Shown: positions 10,365-18,838, counted from the stretch's first letter. The stretch: 39,475 bases of DNA from Rubrivivax sp. (GCA_035633375.1 DASQFA010000797.1:1-39475); one strand, 5' to 3'. Notes: a model not told the origin generated them from the sequence alone. Made by a program: numbers and translations.

Positions 10365-12260
10365 ATGGTTGAAGTGAACTTGGGTTTCAAGATCCCGCTG
10401 TCGGTGCAGCACATTCTTGAAGCGTGCCCGAAGTACACCGTGGCCAAAAATTGGCAGCAGTTGTACGAACTGGCGACGCGTGACGCCGTGAATGGCATAC
10501 ACGAGGTCGCCTACGAAGTGCCTAGCCGGGGTCGGGTGCTGGAGGCCACGGTGTGCCGTGTCAAGAACGGCATCGCGGCCAATTACGTCGAGCCCTACAT
10601 GCGCCGCCGCGATCCAGACTGCATGGTCATTGCCGACCACCAGCCCACCGACAAACCGCGCTTCGAGGACAGGTACGGCAAGCCCTTTTCTTCGCTGCGC
10701 GAGGAAACCTTCGACTGGCTCAAGACCCAGGAGTTGGCGCTGTTCCCCTTTATCGCCGGAGTCGCCGGCATGGGTGCCGATGCCTTGGTGGTTGCCCCGG
10801 CCAACGCCGGCTTCTTCGCGCTCGGGCTGGCCTTGCTGCAGGGAATCGTCGACGAAAAGGATTTGTCGGCGGACTTCGACCCGAAGGCCGTGATCTTCGT
10901 TGCACCACCCTTTAGGCACACCCACTTCAAGGGCAAACAGATGGTGGTGCACAACCGCCGTTCCGGCCGGCATGAGTTGTTCAGCTACAACCTCTATCCC
11001 GGCCCGAGTGCCAAGAAGGGCATCTACGGCGTCCTGCTCGCGCTGGGTGAACGTGAGCATTGGTTGACCGCACACTGCGCGACAGTCATCGTCACCACAC
11101 CGTATGGCAGCAAGCTGTGCATCATGCACGAAGGTGCCAGTGGTGGTGGCAAGAGCGAAATGCTCGAGCAGGTGCATCGTCAGAAGGACGGCGGACTGCT
11201 GCTCGGCACCAATGTGCTGTCGGGTGAACGCCGCACTCTGGTACTGCCCCACAACTGTGAGTTGCGGGCCGTGACCGACGACATGGCCTTGTGCCATCCG
11301 TCGCTCGGCAAGAACGACGGGCGTCTGGCGCTGATCGATGCCGAACAAGGCTGGTTCGTGCGCGTCAATCACATCACCCACTACGGGACCGACCCCCACC
11401 TCGAGAAGATGACCATCCATCCCACCGAGCCCATGCTGTTTCTCAACATCGACGCCCACCCGGACAGCACGGCTCTGATCTGGGAGCACATCGAAGATGA
11501 ACCCGGCAAACCATGCCCGAATCCGCGCGTGGTCGTCCCCCGAAAAGCCGTGCCCGGCGTCCACAACGGCGCAGTCAGCGTAGACGTTCGCAGCTTCGGG
11601 GTGCGATGCCCGCCGAACGCGCAAGAGCTTCCGACCTACGGCATCGTTGGTCTGTTCCATCTGCTGCCGCCGGCGCTGGCCTGGCTGTGGCGGCTGGTGG
11701 CGCCGCGTGGTCACGCCAATCCCAGTATCGTGGCTACCGAAGGCATGACTTCGGAAGGGGTCGGGTCGTACTGGCCTTTCGCCACAGGGCGCATGGTCGA
11801 CCAAGCCAACTTGCTTCTCGATCAGATCGTCTCGACCCCGCGCATGAAGTACATCTTGTGCCCCAACCAGCACGTCGGTGCGTGGGAGACAGGCTTCATG
11901 CCGCAGTGGATCGCGCGCGAGTTTCTTTCCCGGCGAGGTGGCGCGCACTTCTCGAAAGAGCAGGTCACTGCGTCGCGGTGCCCGCTTCTCGGCTACGCGA
12001 TGAAGAGCGTGATCATTGAAGGGCAGACCATACCGGGGATCTTTCTGCGAGTCGAGATGCAGCCCGAGGTCGGAATTGCTGCCTATGACCAGGGTGCCCT
12101 GCAACTGACCGAGTTCTTTCACAACGAGTTGGCCCAGTTCCTGAGGGAGGCCGACCTGAATCCCCAGGGCCGAAAAATCATTGAGTGTTGCCTGGCCGGC
12201 GGTTCTGTGGACGACTACGTGGCGCTGCTCCCGATGACCGTTTTGGAAATGGACGACTAA
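10365..12260 (+). CDS. DUF4914-like protein with PEP carboxykinase-type catalytic motifs
   Basis: 631 aa with GGAG RBS; ordered motifs YPGPSAKKG, TAHCA, EGASGGGKSEM, VTDDMA, AEQGWF, PNPRV. Confidence 0.8.
   Translation: MVEVNLGFKIPLSVQHILEACPKYTVAKNWQQLYELATRDAVNGIHEVAYEVPSRGRVLEATVCRVKNGIAANYVEPYMRRRDPDCMVIADHQPTDKPRFEDRYGKPFSSLREETFDWLKTQELALFPFIAGVAGMGADALVVAPANAGFFALGLALLQGIVDEKDLSADFDPKAVIFVAPPFRHTHFKGKQMVVHNRRSGRHELFSYNLYPGPSAKKGIYGVLLALGEREHWLTAHCATVIVTTPYGSKLCIMHEGASGGGKSEMLEQVHRQKDGGLLLGTNVLSGERRTLVLPHNCELRAVTDDMALCHPSLGKNDGRLALIDAEQGWFVRVNHITHYGTDPHLEKMTIHPTEPMLFLNIDAHPDSTALIWEHIEDEPGKPCPNPRVVVPRKAVPGVHNGAVSVDVRSFGVRCPPNAQELPTYGIVGLFHLLPPALAWLWRLVAPRGHANPSIVATEGMTSEGVGSYWPFATGRMVDQANLLLDQIVSTPRMKYILCPNQHVGAWETGFMPQWIAREFLSRRGGAHFSKEQVTASRCPLLGYAMKSVIIEGQTIPGIFLRVEMQPEVGIAAYDQGALQLTEFFHNELAQFLREADLNPQGRKIIECCLAGGSVDDYVALLPMTVLEMDD
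10378..10426 (+). repeat. 49-bp direct repeat, copy 1 (inside the 5' end of the DUF4914-like gene)
   Basis: acttgggtttcaagatcccgctgtcggtgcagcacattcttgaagcgtg; 46/49 identical to 16546-16594. Confidence 0.9.
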
Positions 12261-12549
12261 TGGAGCAAGCCAAGTCCTTCATGCGCATGGAGCCATTTCA
12301 ATCTTTGCGCCACTTGCTACAAGCACCGGTCCCGTACCGATTGCGAAGCGCCGATGCGCGAGCGTCTGCATCACGCAGCCAGACCGAGGGAGGCGGCGAT
12401 GTTGCTCGATCACTACGACGCTTGCCTGAGGTTGCATTCAGTACCGACATCGCCATAATGAAAATCTCTCAGCCCAACGCGGCATATTTTCTAGGTTGTT
12501 GCCGCAGCGGTCGGTCCGATCCTTTCCAATGTACCCGAGGGCGACGCTG

Positions 12550-14076
12550 ATGACCCGCACGATTGAAGTCGTTGATGTAATTCTGAGAGACGCGCACCAA
12601 AGTCTCCTGGCCACACGGATGGCGATGGAAGACATGGTGCCGGCGTGCGAGGATCTCGACAACGCTGGCTACTGGGCGCTTGAGTGCTGGGGCGGCGCCA
12701 CTTTCGATGCGTGCATCCGCTACCTCAACGAGGATCCGTGGGAGCGGCTGCGCCAGTTCAAGAAGTTGCTGCCCAAAACTCCGCTGCAGATGCTGCTGCG
12801 CGGGCAAAACCTGCTTGGCTACCGCCACTACGAAGATGGCGTGGTCGAACGCTTCGTTGACAAGGCGGCCGAAAACGGCATGGACGTGTTCCGGGTGTTC
12901 GACGCACTCAACGACTTGCGAAATCTGAAGACCGCCCTCGCTGCCGTCAAGAAGACCGGCAAGCATGCCCAGGGCACGATCTGCTACACGGTCAGCCCGG
13001 TGCATACCAACGCCGCGTTCATCGAAATGGCGCAGCGCCTCAAGGACATGGGCGCCGACTCGATTTGCCTGAAGGACATGGCGGCGCTGCTAAGGCCGCA
13101 GGCGGCCTACGACATCGTCAAGGGCATCAAGGCCAAATGCGGCGACGACACTCTGGTCCACCTGCATTGCCATGCAACGACCGGCGTGACCTTGGTGTCG
13201 CTGATGAAGGCCATCGAAGCCGGCTGCGACATCGTCGACACCTCGATCAGTTCGCTGTCGCTCGGATCGGGTCACAACCCGACCGAGGCCCTGATGGAAA
13301 TGCTGGAAGACACCGGCTGCCAGACGCGCCTGGACAGGGATCGGGTTCTCAAGGTCCGGAACCACTTCGCGCACATCCGCAACCGCTACCGCGAGTTCAT
13401 GGGTGAGTACACCGGAGTCGATACCGAGATCTTCAAGAGCCAGATCCCCGGCGGGATGATTTCCAACATGGAGAGCCAGCTCAAGGGACAAGGTGCTGCC
13501 GACCGCCTGCAGGAAGTACTCGAGGAAGTGCCGCGCGTACGGCGCGACTCGGGCTACCCGCCGCTGGTGACACCCTCGAGCCAGATCGTCGGAAGCCAGG
13601 CGGTCTTCAACGTGCTGATGGGCCAATACAAGGCGATGACCGGCGAATTTGCCGACCTGATGCTCGGGTACTATGGCAGCATGCTGGGCGAGAAGAACCC
13701 CGAGGTGCTGGCCAAGGCCGAAGCGCACGCCAAGAAGCCGCCGATCACCGGCCGCCCGGCCGATCTGCTGAAGCCGGAATGGGATGCACTCACGGCGAGC
13801 GCCATCGCGATGGAGGGCTGCAACGGCAGCGCCGAGGACGTGCTGACCGCTGCAATGTTTCCTCAGGTAGCGCCCAAGTTCTTCAAGACGAGATCCCAGG
13901 GACCCTTGAATCTGGGCAAGGATCCGATCGCTGTCGTCCCTCAACCCGCGGCCGCGCCCAAGGGCGAGGTCAAGCCGGCCGCCGTGGGCAACGGTGCGGA
14001 CCCCATGTCACCTGTCACCTATGCCGTCTCGCTCCACGGGCAGGAGCACAAGGTCACGGTGGCTCGCGCGCCCTGA
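12550..14076 (+). CDS. Methylmalonyl-CoA carboxytransferase (transcarboxylase) 5S subunit; pyruvate carboxyltransferase domain
   Basis: LRDAHQSLLATRMAMEDM, ECWGGATFD, LNEDPWERL, MLLRGQNLLGYRHY, CLKDMA, HCHATTG, PPLVTPSSQIVG. No biotinyl domain; C-terminal PVTYAVSLHGQEHKVTV resembles the Propionibacterium 5S tail. Confidence 0.88.
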   Translation: MTRTIEVVDVILRDAHQSLLATRMAMEDMVPACEDLDNAGYWALECWGGATFDACIRYLNEDPWERLRQFKKLLPKTPLQMLLRGQNLLGYRHYEDGVVERFVDKAAENGMDVFRVFDALNDLRNLKTALAAVKKTGKHAQGTICYTVSPVHTNAAFIEMAQRLKDMGADSICLKDMAALLRPQAAYDIVKGIKAKCGDDTLVHLHCHATTGVTLVSLMKAIEAGCDIVDTSISSLSLGSGHNPTEALMEMLEDTGCQTRLDRDRVLKVRNHFAHIRNRYREFMGEYTGVDTEIFKSQIPGGMISNMESQLKGQGAADRLQEVLEEVPRVRRDSGYPPLVTPSSQIVGSQAVFNVLMGQYKAMTGEFADLMLGYYGSMLGEKNPEVLAKAEAHAKKPPITGRPADLLKPEWDALTASAIAMEGCNGSAEDVLTAAMFPQVAPKFFKTRSQGPLNLGKDPIAVVPQPAAAPKGEVKPAAVGNGADPMSPVTYAVSLHGQEHKVTVARAP

Positions 14077-14142
14077 ACACTTCGCCGGCACCGAGAGCGC
14101 TCACCGCTTCGATGTTAGAGCAGCACTTAGTAGAGGAACACG

Positions 14143-15717
14143 ATGCCTTCAAAAGCTACCGCAGCCGCGCCCCGCACCATTGAGGAGAAGCTCGCAGCGC
14201 TGGCGCTTGAGCGTACCCGGCTCGAACAAGGCGGCGGGACGGCACAGATCGACAAGCAACACGCGGCGGGCAAGCTGACCGCACGCGAACGCGTCGCCAA
14301 GCTTGCCGATGCCGGCAGTTTTCAGGAGATCGGTCTCTTTGCGCGCCACCGTGCCACCCAGTTCGGTATGGCGGACAAGGATCAGCCGGCGGACGGCGTC
14401 GTCACCGGCTGTGCCAAGGTCGATGGCCGCACTGTCCACCTTGCCAGCCAGGACTTCACGGTGGCTGGCGGATCCGCCGGTGAACTGCACAGCATCAAGG
14501 TCGCCAAGATGCTCGAGCTGTCGCTGAAGACTGGCACGCCGTTCGTGCTCATCAACGATTCCGGCGGTGCGCGCGTGCAGGAGGGCATCGACAGCCTGTC
14601 CGGCTATGGCAAGGTCTTCTATCAAAACGTCATGTTGTCGGGGTCGGTGCCGCAGATCTCGCTGATCTGCGGTCCGTGCGCGGGCGGCGCGGCCTATAGC
14701 CCGGCGTTGACCGACTTCATCATCCAGACGCGGCGCGCCCAGATGTTCATCACCGGGCCGCAAGTGATCAAGCAAGTCACCGGCGAGGTCGTCAGCGCCG
14801 AGGATCTGGGTGGGCCGATGGCCCAGATGAACCGCTCTGGCGTGGTCCACCTGATCGCCGAAGACGACGAAGACGCCCTCTACCAGTGTCGGCGCCTGCT
14901 CAGCTTCCTGCCCGCCAACAACCTGGAAGACCCGCCGCGCCTGCCCGTCGAAGAACCGCCCGAGTCTGATCCGGCGCTCAACCAGGCCATTCCGGTGGAC
15001 CCGAAGCAAGGCTACGACGTGCGCACCATCCTGACGCGAATCCTCGATGAGCAGGATTTCATGGAGATCCAGTCCGGTTTCGCACCCAACATCGTGATCG
15101 GGTTCGGGCGGATCATGGGCCGCACGGTGGGCCTCGTCGCCAACAACCCGGCGTCCATGGCCGGCGCACTCGACATCGACGCGTCGGACAAGGCGGCACG
15201 TTTCGTGCGTTTCTGCAATTGCTTCAACATCCCGCTCGTCACGTTCGTCGATGTTCCGGGCTTCCGGCCCGGCGTCGAGCAAGAGTACGGCGGCATCATT
15301 CGCCATGGCGCGAAGATGTTGTTCGCCTATTCGGCGACCACCGTGCCCAAGATCACGGTGATCCTGCGCAAGGCCTATGGCGGCGCTTATCTGGCGATGT
15401 GCGGGCGCGACCTCGGTGCCGACCGGGTGGTCGCCTGGCCGACCGCGGAGGTGGCGGTGATGGGCGCGGAGGGGGCGGCCGAGATCGTCTTCAGGCGCGA
15501 AATCGAAGGCGCCGATGACAAGGCAGGCAAGCGCAAGGAGATGATCGACCTGTACCGTGATGCCTTCGCCAACCCCTATGTGGCAGCGGGGCGTGGTCTG
15601 GTCGATGACGTGATCGAGCCGGCCGAGACGCGGCGCTACCTGGCGCTGGCGCTCGACAGCCTGCAAAGCAAGCGCGAGGCCCGCCCGCCCAAGAAGCACG
15701 GGCTGATCCCGCTGTGA
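14143..15717 (+). CDS. Acyl-CoA carboxyltransferase (transcarboxylase 12S / PCC-beta family)
   Basis: GKLTARER, ADGVVTG, QDFTVAGGS, DSGGARVQEG, GPCAGGAAYSPALTD, VDVPGF, RHGAK, RKAYGGAY, KKHGLIPL. Confidence 0.9.
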   Translation: MPSKATAAAPRTIEEKLAALALERTRLEQGGGTAQIDKQHAAGKLTARERVAKLADAGSFQEIGLFARHRATQFGMADKDQPADGVVTGCAKVDGRTVHLASQDFTVAGGSAGELHSIKVAKMLELSLKTGTPFVLINDSGGARVQEGIDSLSGYGKVFYQNVMLSGSVPQISLICGPCAGGAAYSPALTDFIIQTRRAQMFITGPQVIKQVTGEVVSAEDLGGPMAQMNRSGVVHLIAEDDEDALYQCRRLLSFLPANNLEDPPRLPVEEPPESDPALNQAIPVDPKQGYDVRTILTRILDEQDFMEIQSGFAPNIVIGFGRIMGRTVGLVANNPASMAGALDIDASDKAARFVRFCNCFNIPLVTFVDVPGFRPGVEQEYGGIIRHGAKMLFAYSATTVPKITVILRKAYGGAYLAMCGRDLGADRVVAWPTAEVAVMGAEGAAEIVFRREIEGADDKAGKRKEMIDLYRDAFANPYVAAGRGLVDDVIEPAETRRYLALALDSLQSKREARPPKKHGLIPL

Positions 15718-15737
15718 GCGGCGCTGGCGAGACTCCC

Positions 15738-16052
15738 ATGCCGGCGTTGACCCTCGATGACGTGATGGCCGAACTCGCGGCCCTGCGCCAGGAGACGCGG
15801 GTACAGATCGCCGAACTGAGCGCCCAGGTGGCAGCGCTGCAGGTGCTGGTGGACCGGCATGCGCCCGAGGCGATCACCCCGGAAGAGCTGGTGATGATGG
15901 CTGCAGCCGTGACCTCGTATCTGGGCGTTCGAGTGCGTATCCGCTCGGCGCGTCGAGTCGAGGGGCTGGCCAACAGCGGCGGCGCCTGGGCGCAACACGG
16001 CCGGGTCTTTGTCCAGGCCGCCGCCCACGCCATGCGGCGCGTATCCCGCTGA
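15738..16052 (+). CDS. Small accessory protein of the carboxyltransferase operon (epsilon/delta-like)
   Basis: Heptad-like N-terminus, EELVMMAAAVTSYLG, AWAQHGR; lies between 12S and the biotin carrier; alternative GTG start at 15714 overlaps the 12S stop. Confidence 0.7.
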   Translation: MPALTLDDVMAELAALRQETRVQIAELSAQVAALQVLVDRHAPEAITPEELVMMAAAVTSYLGVRVRIRSARRVEGLANSGGAWAQHGRVFVQAAAHAMRRVSR

Positions 16053-16095
16053 AGGCCGCCCTGCCGGCCTCATCAACCAACGAGGAGCCCACGCG

Positions 16096-16506
16096 TTGAA
16101 ACTGCAAATCGGCATTGACGGCAAGACCTACGAGATGGAGGTCGAGATCCTCCAGGAAGACAAGCCCCAGCGCGCATTCGGCTACGTGCCGCCCTATGCG
16201 CCGCCGACCACGTTACGCGGCGTTACCGCGGCCGAGCAGGCACCTCCGGCCGGATTGCCCAAAACTGGAGGGGCCGAGCCCCCGGTGGAGGAGAACCTGG
16301 TGGTGCGCTGCCCGGTGGCCGGCGTCGTCGTCCGCATCGCTGTCAAGCCCGGACAGGAACTCGCCACCGACGACGTCATCATGGTGCTGGAAGCGATGAA
16401 GATGGAGACCAGCGTCACCGCCTCTCACCCCGGCAAAGTGAAGGCCATCCGCGTTTCCGAAGGCGAAGGCGTCAAGGTCGGCCAGATCTTGATTGATTTC
16501 GATTGA
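16096..16506 (+). CDS. Biotin carboxyl carrier protein (transcarboxylase 1.3S-like)
   Basis: TTG start after GAGGAG; MKLQIGIDGKTYEMEVEI N-terminus, Pro/Ala-rich linker, biotinylation motif VLEAMKME. Confidence 0.92.
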   Translation: MKLQIGIDGKTYEMEVEILQEDKPQRAFGYVPPYAPPTTLRGVTAAEQAPPAGLPKTGGAEPPVEENLVVRCPVAGVVVRIAVKPGQELATDDVIMVLEAMKMETSVTASHPGKVKAIRVSEGEGVKVGQILIDFD

Positions 16507-16545
16507 CCGTTTACTGATTCAGCAGCGATATCGTCCTCGAACCGG

Positions 16546-16594
16546 ACTTGGGTTTCAAGAAGCCGCTGTCGGTGCAGCACAGTCTTGAAGCGTG
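16546..16594 (+). repeat. 49-bp direct repeat, copy 2 (degenerate duplicate of the DUF4914 gene start)
   Basis: acttgggtttcaagaagccgctgtcggtgcagcacagtcttgaagcgtg; weaker colinear similarity continues to acacgaggt at 16664 (matches 10499). Confidence 0.9.
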
Positions 16595-16756
16595 GTCATG
16601 GCGCGCAACAAGATTGCACTGGTTGGGGGCCTTGACCTGTTGGAGTGATGTGCGCCGAGGCGCACACGAGGTGAACGTGGCGACGACGCTACACTTCGCG
16701 CTCCCGATGTCCGGCATGGCCGGTACGTCCACCCCCACGGCCACCGGATCCACACC

Positions 16757-17137
16757 ATGCTTCGCTGTGCACTCACCCTGGCCCTGGCCGGCGCGCTGGC
16801 CCTGCCGACCGCCGCCCAGGTGCAACGCAACTTCACGTCGAAGGCCCTGCGCGGCGAAGTCGTCTTCGGCACGCCGCCCGAGCTCAAGCTGAACGGCAAG
16901 CCGGCACGGCTGGCGCCAGGAGCACGCATCCGCGACCAGAACAACCTGCTGCTCATGTCGGGCGCGCTGGTCGGCGGCAAGGCGATGGTGAACTACACCA
17001 CCGAGCTGGAAGGCATGCTGCTGGAGGTGTGGATCCTGAGCCCGGCCGAAGCCGCGCGCAAGCCCTGGCCGACGACCGAGAAGGAAGCGCAGACCTGGCA
17101 GTTCAACGTCGATGCCCAGACATGGACCAAGCCATGA
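16757..17137 (+). CDS. Hypothetical exported protein upstream of miaB
   Basis: 126 aa with a signal peptide (…ALALPTAA-Q); host-like codon usage; ATGA overlap with the miaB start. Confidence 0.8.
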   Translation: MLRCALTLALAGALALPTAAQVQRNFTSKALRGEVVFGTPPELKLNGKPARLAPGARIRDQNNLLLMSGALVGGKAMVNYTTELEGMLLEVWILSPAEAARKPWPTTEKEAQTWQFNVDAQTWTKP

Positions 17138-18537
17138 GCACGCAGACGAAGAAGGTCTTCATCCGCAGCTTCGGCTGCCAGATGAACGACTACGACTCGG
17201 CCAAGATGGCCGACGTGCTGCATGCGGCCGAAGGCTACGAGCCCACCACCGATGTCGAGCAGGCCGACCTGATCCTGTTCAACACCTGCTCGATCCGCGA
17301 GAAGGCGCAGGAAAAGGTGTTCAGCGACCTGGGCCGTGTCAAGCACCTCAAGGCCAAGGGCGTGCTCATCGGCGTGGGCGGCTGCGTGGCCAGCCAGGAA
17401 GGCGCGGCGCTGATCGAGCGCGCGCCTTATGTCGACCTGGTGTTCGGGCCGCAGACGCTGCACCGCCTGCCGCAGATGATCGCGATGCGTCACGCACAGC
17501 AACGCCCGCAGGTGGACATCAGTTTCCCGGAGATCGAAAAGTTCGACCACCTGCCGCCGGCGCGTGTCGACGGCCCGTGCGCCTTCGTCTCCATCATGGA
17601 GGGCTGCTCGAAGTACTGCTCGTACTGCGTCGTGCCCTACACCCGCGGCGAGGAGGTCAGCCGGCCCTTCGACGACGTGCTGGCCGAGGTGGCTGCGCTG
17701 GCCGACCAGGGCGTCAGGGAGGTCACGCTGCTCGGGCAGAACGTCAACGCCTACCGCGGCACGATGGGTCGAAGCGACCAGGCGGGCGACGACATCGCCG
17801 ACTTCGCTCTGCTCATCGAATATGTCGCCGCGCTTCCCGGCATCGAGCGCATCCGCTACACCACCAGCCACCCGAACGAATTCACGCAGCGCCTGATCGA
17901 GGTGTACGCAAGGGTGCCGCAACTGGTGAACCACCTGCACCTGCCGGTGCAGCACGGCAGCGACCGCATCCTCAGCGCGATGAAGCGCGGCTACACCGCG
18001 CTGCAGTACAAGAGCACGATCCGCAAGCTGCGCGCGCTGCGCCCGAACATCTCGCTGTCCACCGACTTCATTGTCGGCTTTCCGGGCGAGACCGATGAAG
18101 ACTTCGCGCTGACGATGAAGCTCATCGACGACATCGGCTTCGACTCGAGCTTCAGCTTCATCTTCAGCCCGCGCCCCGGCACGCCAGCGGCAGCGCTGGC
18201 CGACGACACGCCCAAGGCACTGAAGCTGCAGCGTCTGCAACAGCTGCAGGCGCGCATCGAGGCCCAAGCGCGGCACATCAGCGCCTCGCGCGTGGGCACG
18301 GTGCAGCGCATCCTGGTCGAAGGCGCGTCGCGCAAGTCCAGCCAGGCTTCGCCCGAACTGATGGGCCGCACCGAGTGCAACCGCATCGTCAACTTCGCCG
18401 GGCCGCCGCAGCTGGTCGGCCAGCTGATCGACGTCGCCATCACGCAGGCCTATCCCCATTCGCTGCGCGGCGTCTGGCCGGCCGTGGAAACGCAGCCGGC
18501 CCGGGACGAGCGCTACGCCGAGTTGTCCGTGCCCTGA
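17134..18537 (+). CDS. miaB: tRNA-2-methylthio-N6-dimethylallyladenosine synthase MiaB
   Basis: [24 protein letters not shown], radical [34 protein letters not shown]-terminal TRAM domain. Confidence 0.96.
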   Translation: MSTQTKKVFIRSFGCQMNDYDSAKMADVLHAAEGYEPTTDVEQADLILFNTCSIREKAQEKVFSDLGRVKHLKAKGVLIGVGGCVASQEGAALIERAPYVDLVFGPQTLHRLPQMIAMRHAQQRPQVDISFPEIEKFDHLPPARVDGPCAFVSIMEGCSKYCSYCVVPYTRGEEVSRPFDDVLAEVAALADQGVREVTLLGQNVNAYRGTMGRSDQAGDDIADFALLIEYVAALPGIERIRYTTSHPNEFTQRLIEVYARVPQLVNHLHLPVQHGSDRILSAMKRGYTALQYKSTIRKLRALRPNISLSTDFIVGFPGETDEDFALTMKLIDDIGFDSSFSFIFSPRPGTPAAALADDTPKALKLQRLQQLQARIEAQARHISASRVGTVQRILVEGASRKSSQASPELMGRTECNRIVNFAGPPQLVGQLIDVAITQAYPHSLRGVWPAVETQPARDERYAELSVP

Positions 18538-18556
18538 GGCGCCGGGCGCCGTCGGC

Positions 18557-18838
18557 TCAGCGCCGCCGCGGCGCGAAACCGGCCCACCACAACGCCAGCG
18601 CCGCAACCCCGACCATCAGCGCATAGGTCGACATGCGCCCGTCGCGACCCGAGACCGCCAGCCCGCCCAGCATTACCCCTGAGCCGGCCGCGCTGGGCCA
18701 GGCCACCAGGCGCACCCAGGAAATGTGCGCCAGCTCGCGTCGCCAAAGGCATTTGGCCGCGCTGCCCGCGATCAAGCCAGTGGCCAGGGCGGGCAAGAAC
18801 AGCGCCAGAATGTGCCAGAGCGCGTCGATGGGGCCCAT
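18557..18838 (-). CDS. Small hypothetical membrane protein
   Basis: 93 aa, MGPIDALWHILALFLPAL…GRDGRMSTYALMV; about three hydrophobic segments; fills the miaB-hemA gap. Confidence 0.7.
   Translation of the reverse strand: MGPIDALWHILALFLPALATGLIAGSAAKCLWRRELAHISWVRLVAWPSAAGSGVMLGGLAVSGRDGRMSTYALMVGVAALALWWAGFAPRRR

Noticed and set aside
12550-16506. Na+-translocating oxaloacetate or methylmalonyl-CoA decarboxylase, or pyruvate carboxylase
   Set aside because: No membrane beta subunit, no anchored gamma/delta subunit and no biotin carboxylase in the locus; the 5S-like protein lacks a biotinyl domain.
16546-16680. Template/variable repeat pair of a diversity-generating retroelement
   Set aside because: The mismatches (T/A, C/G, T/G) are not all adenine-specific on either strand, the coding copy is at a 5' end, and there is no reverse transcriptase in the window.
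16548-16892. 114-aa ORF beginning MGFKKPLSVQH as a DUF4914 paralogue
   Set aside because: Only a short degenerate stretch is similar, there is no clear RBS, and it overlaps the next real gene; treated as a repeat scar.
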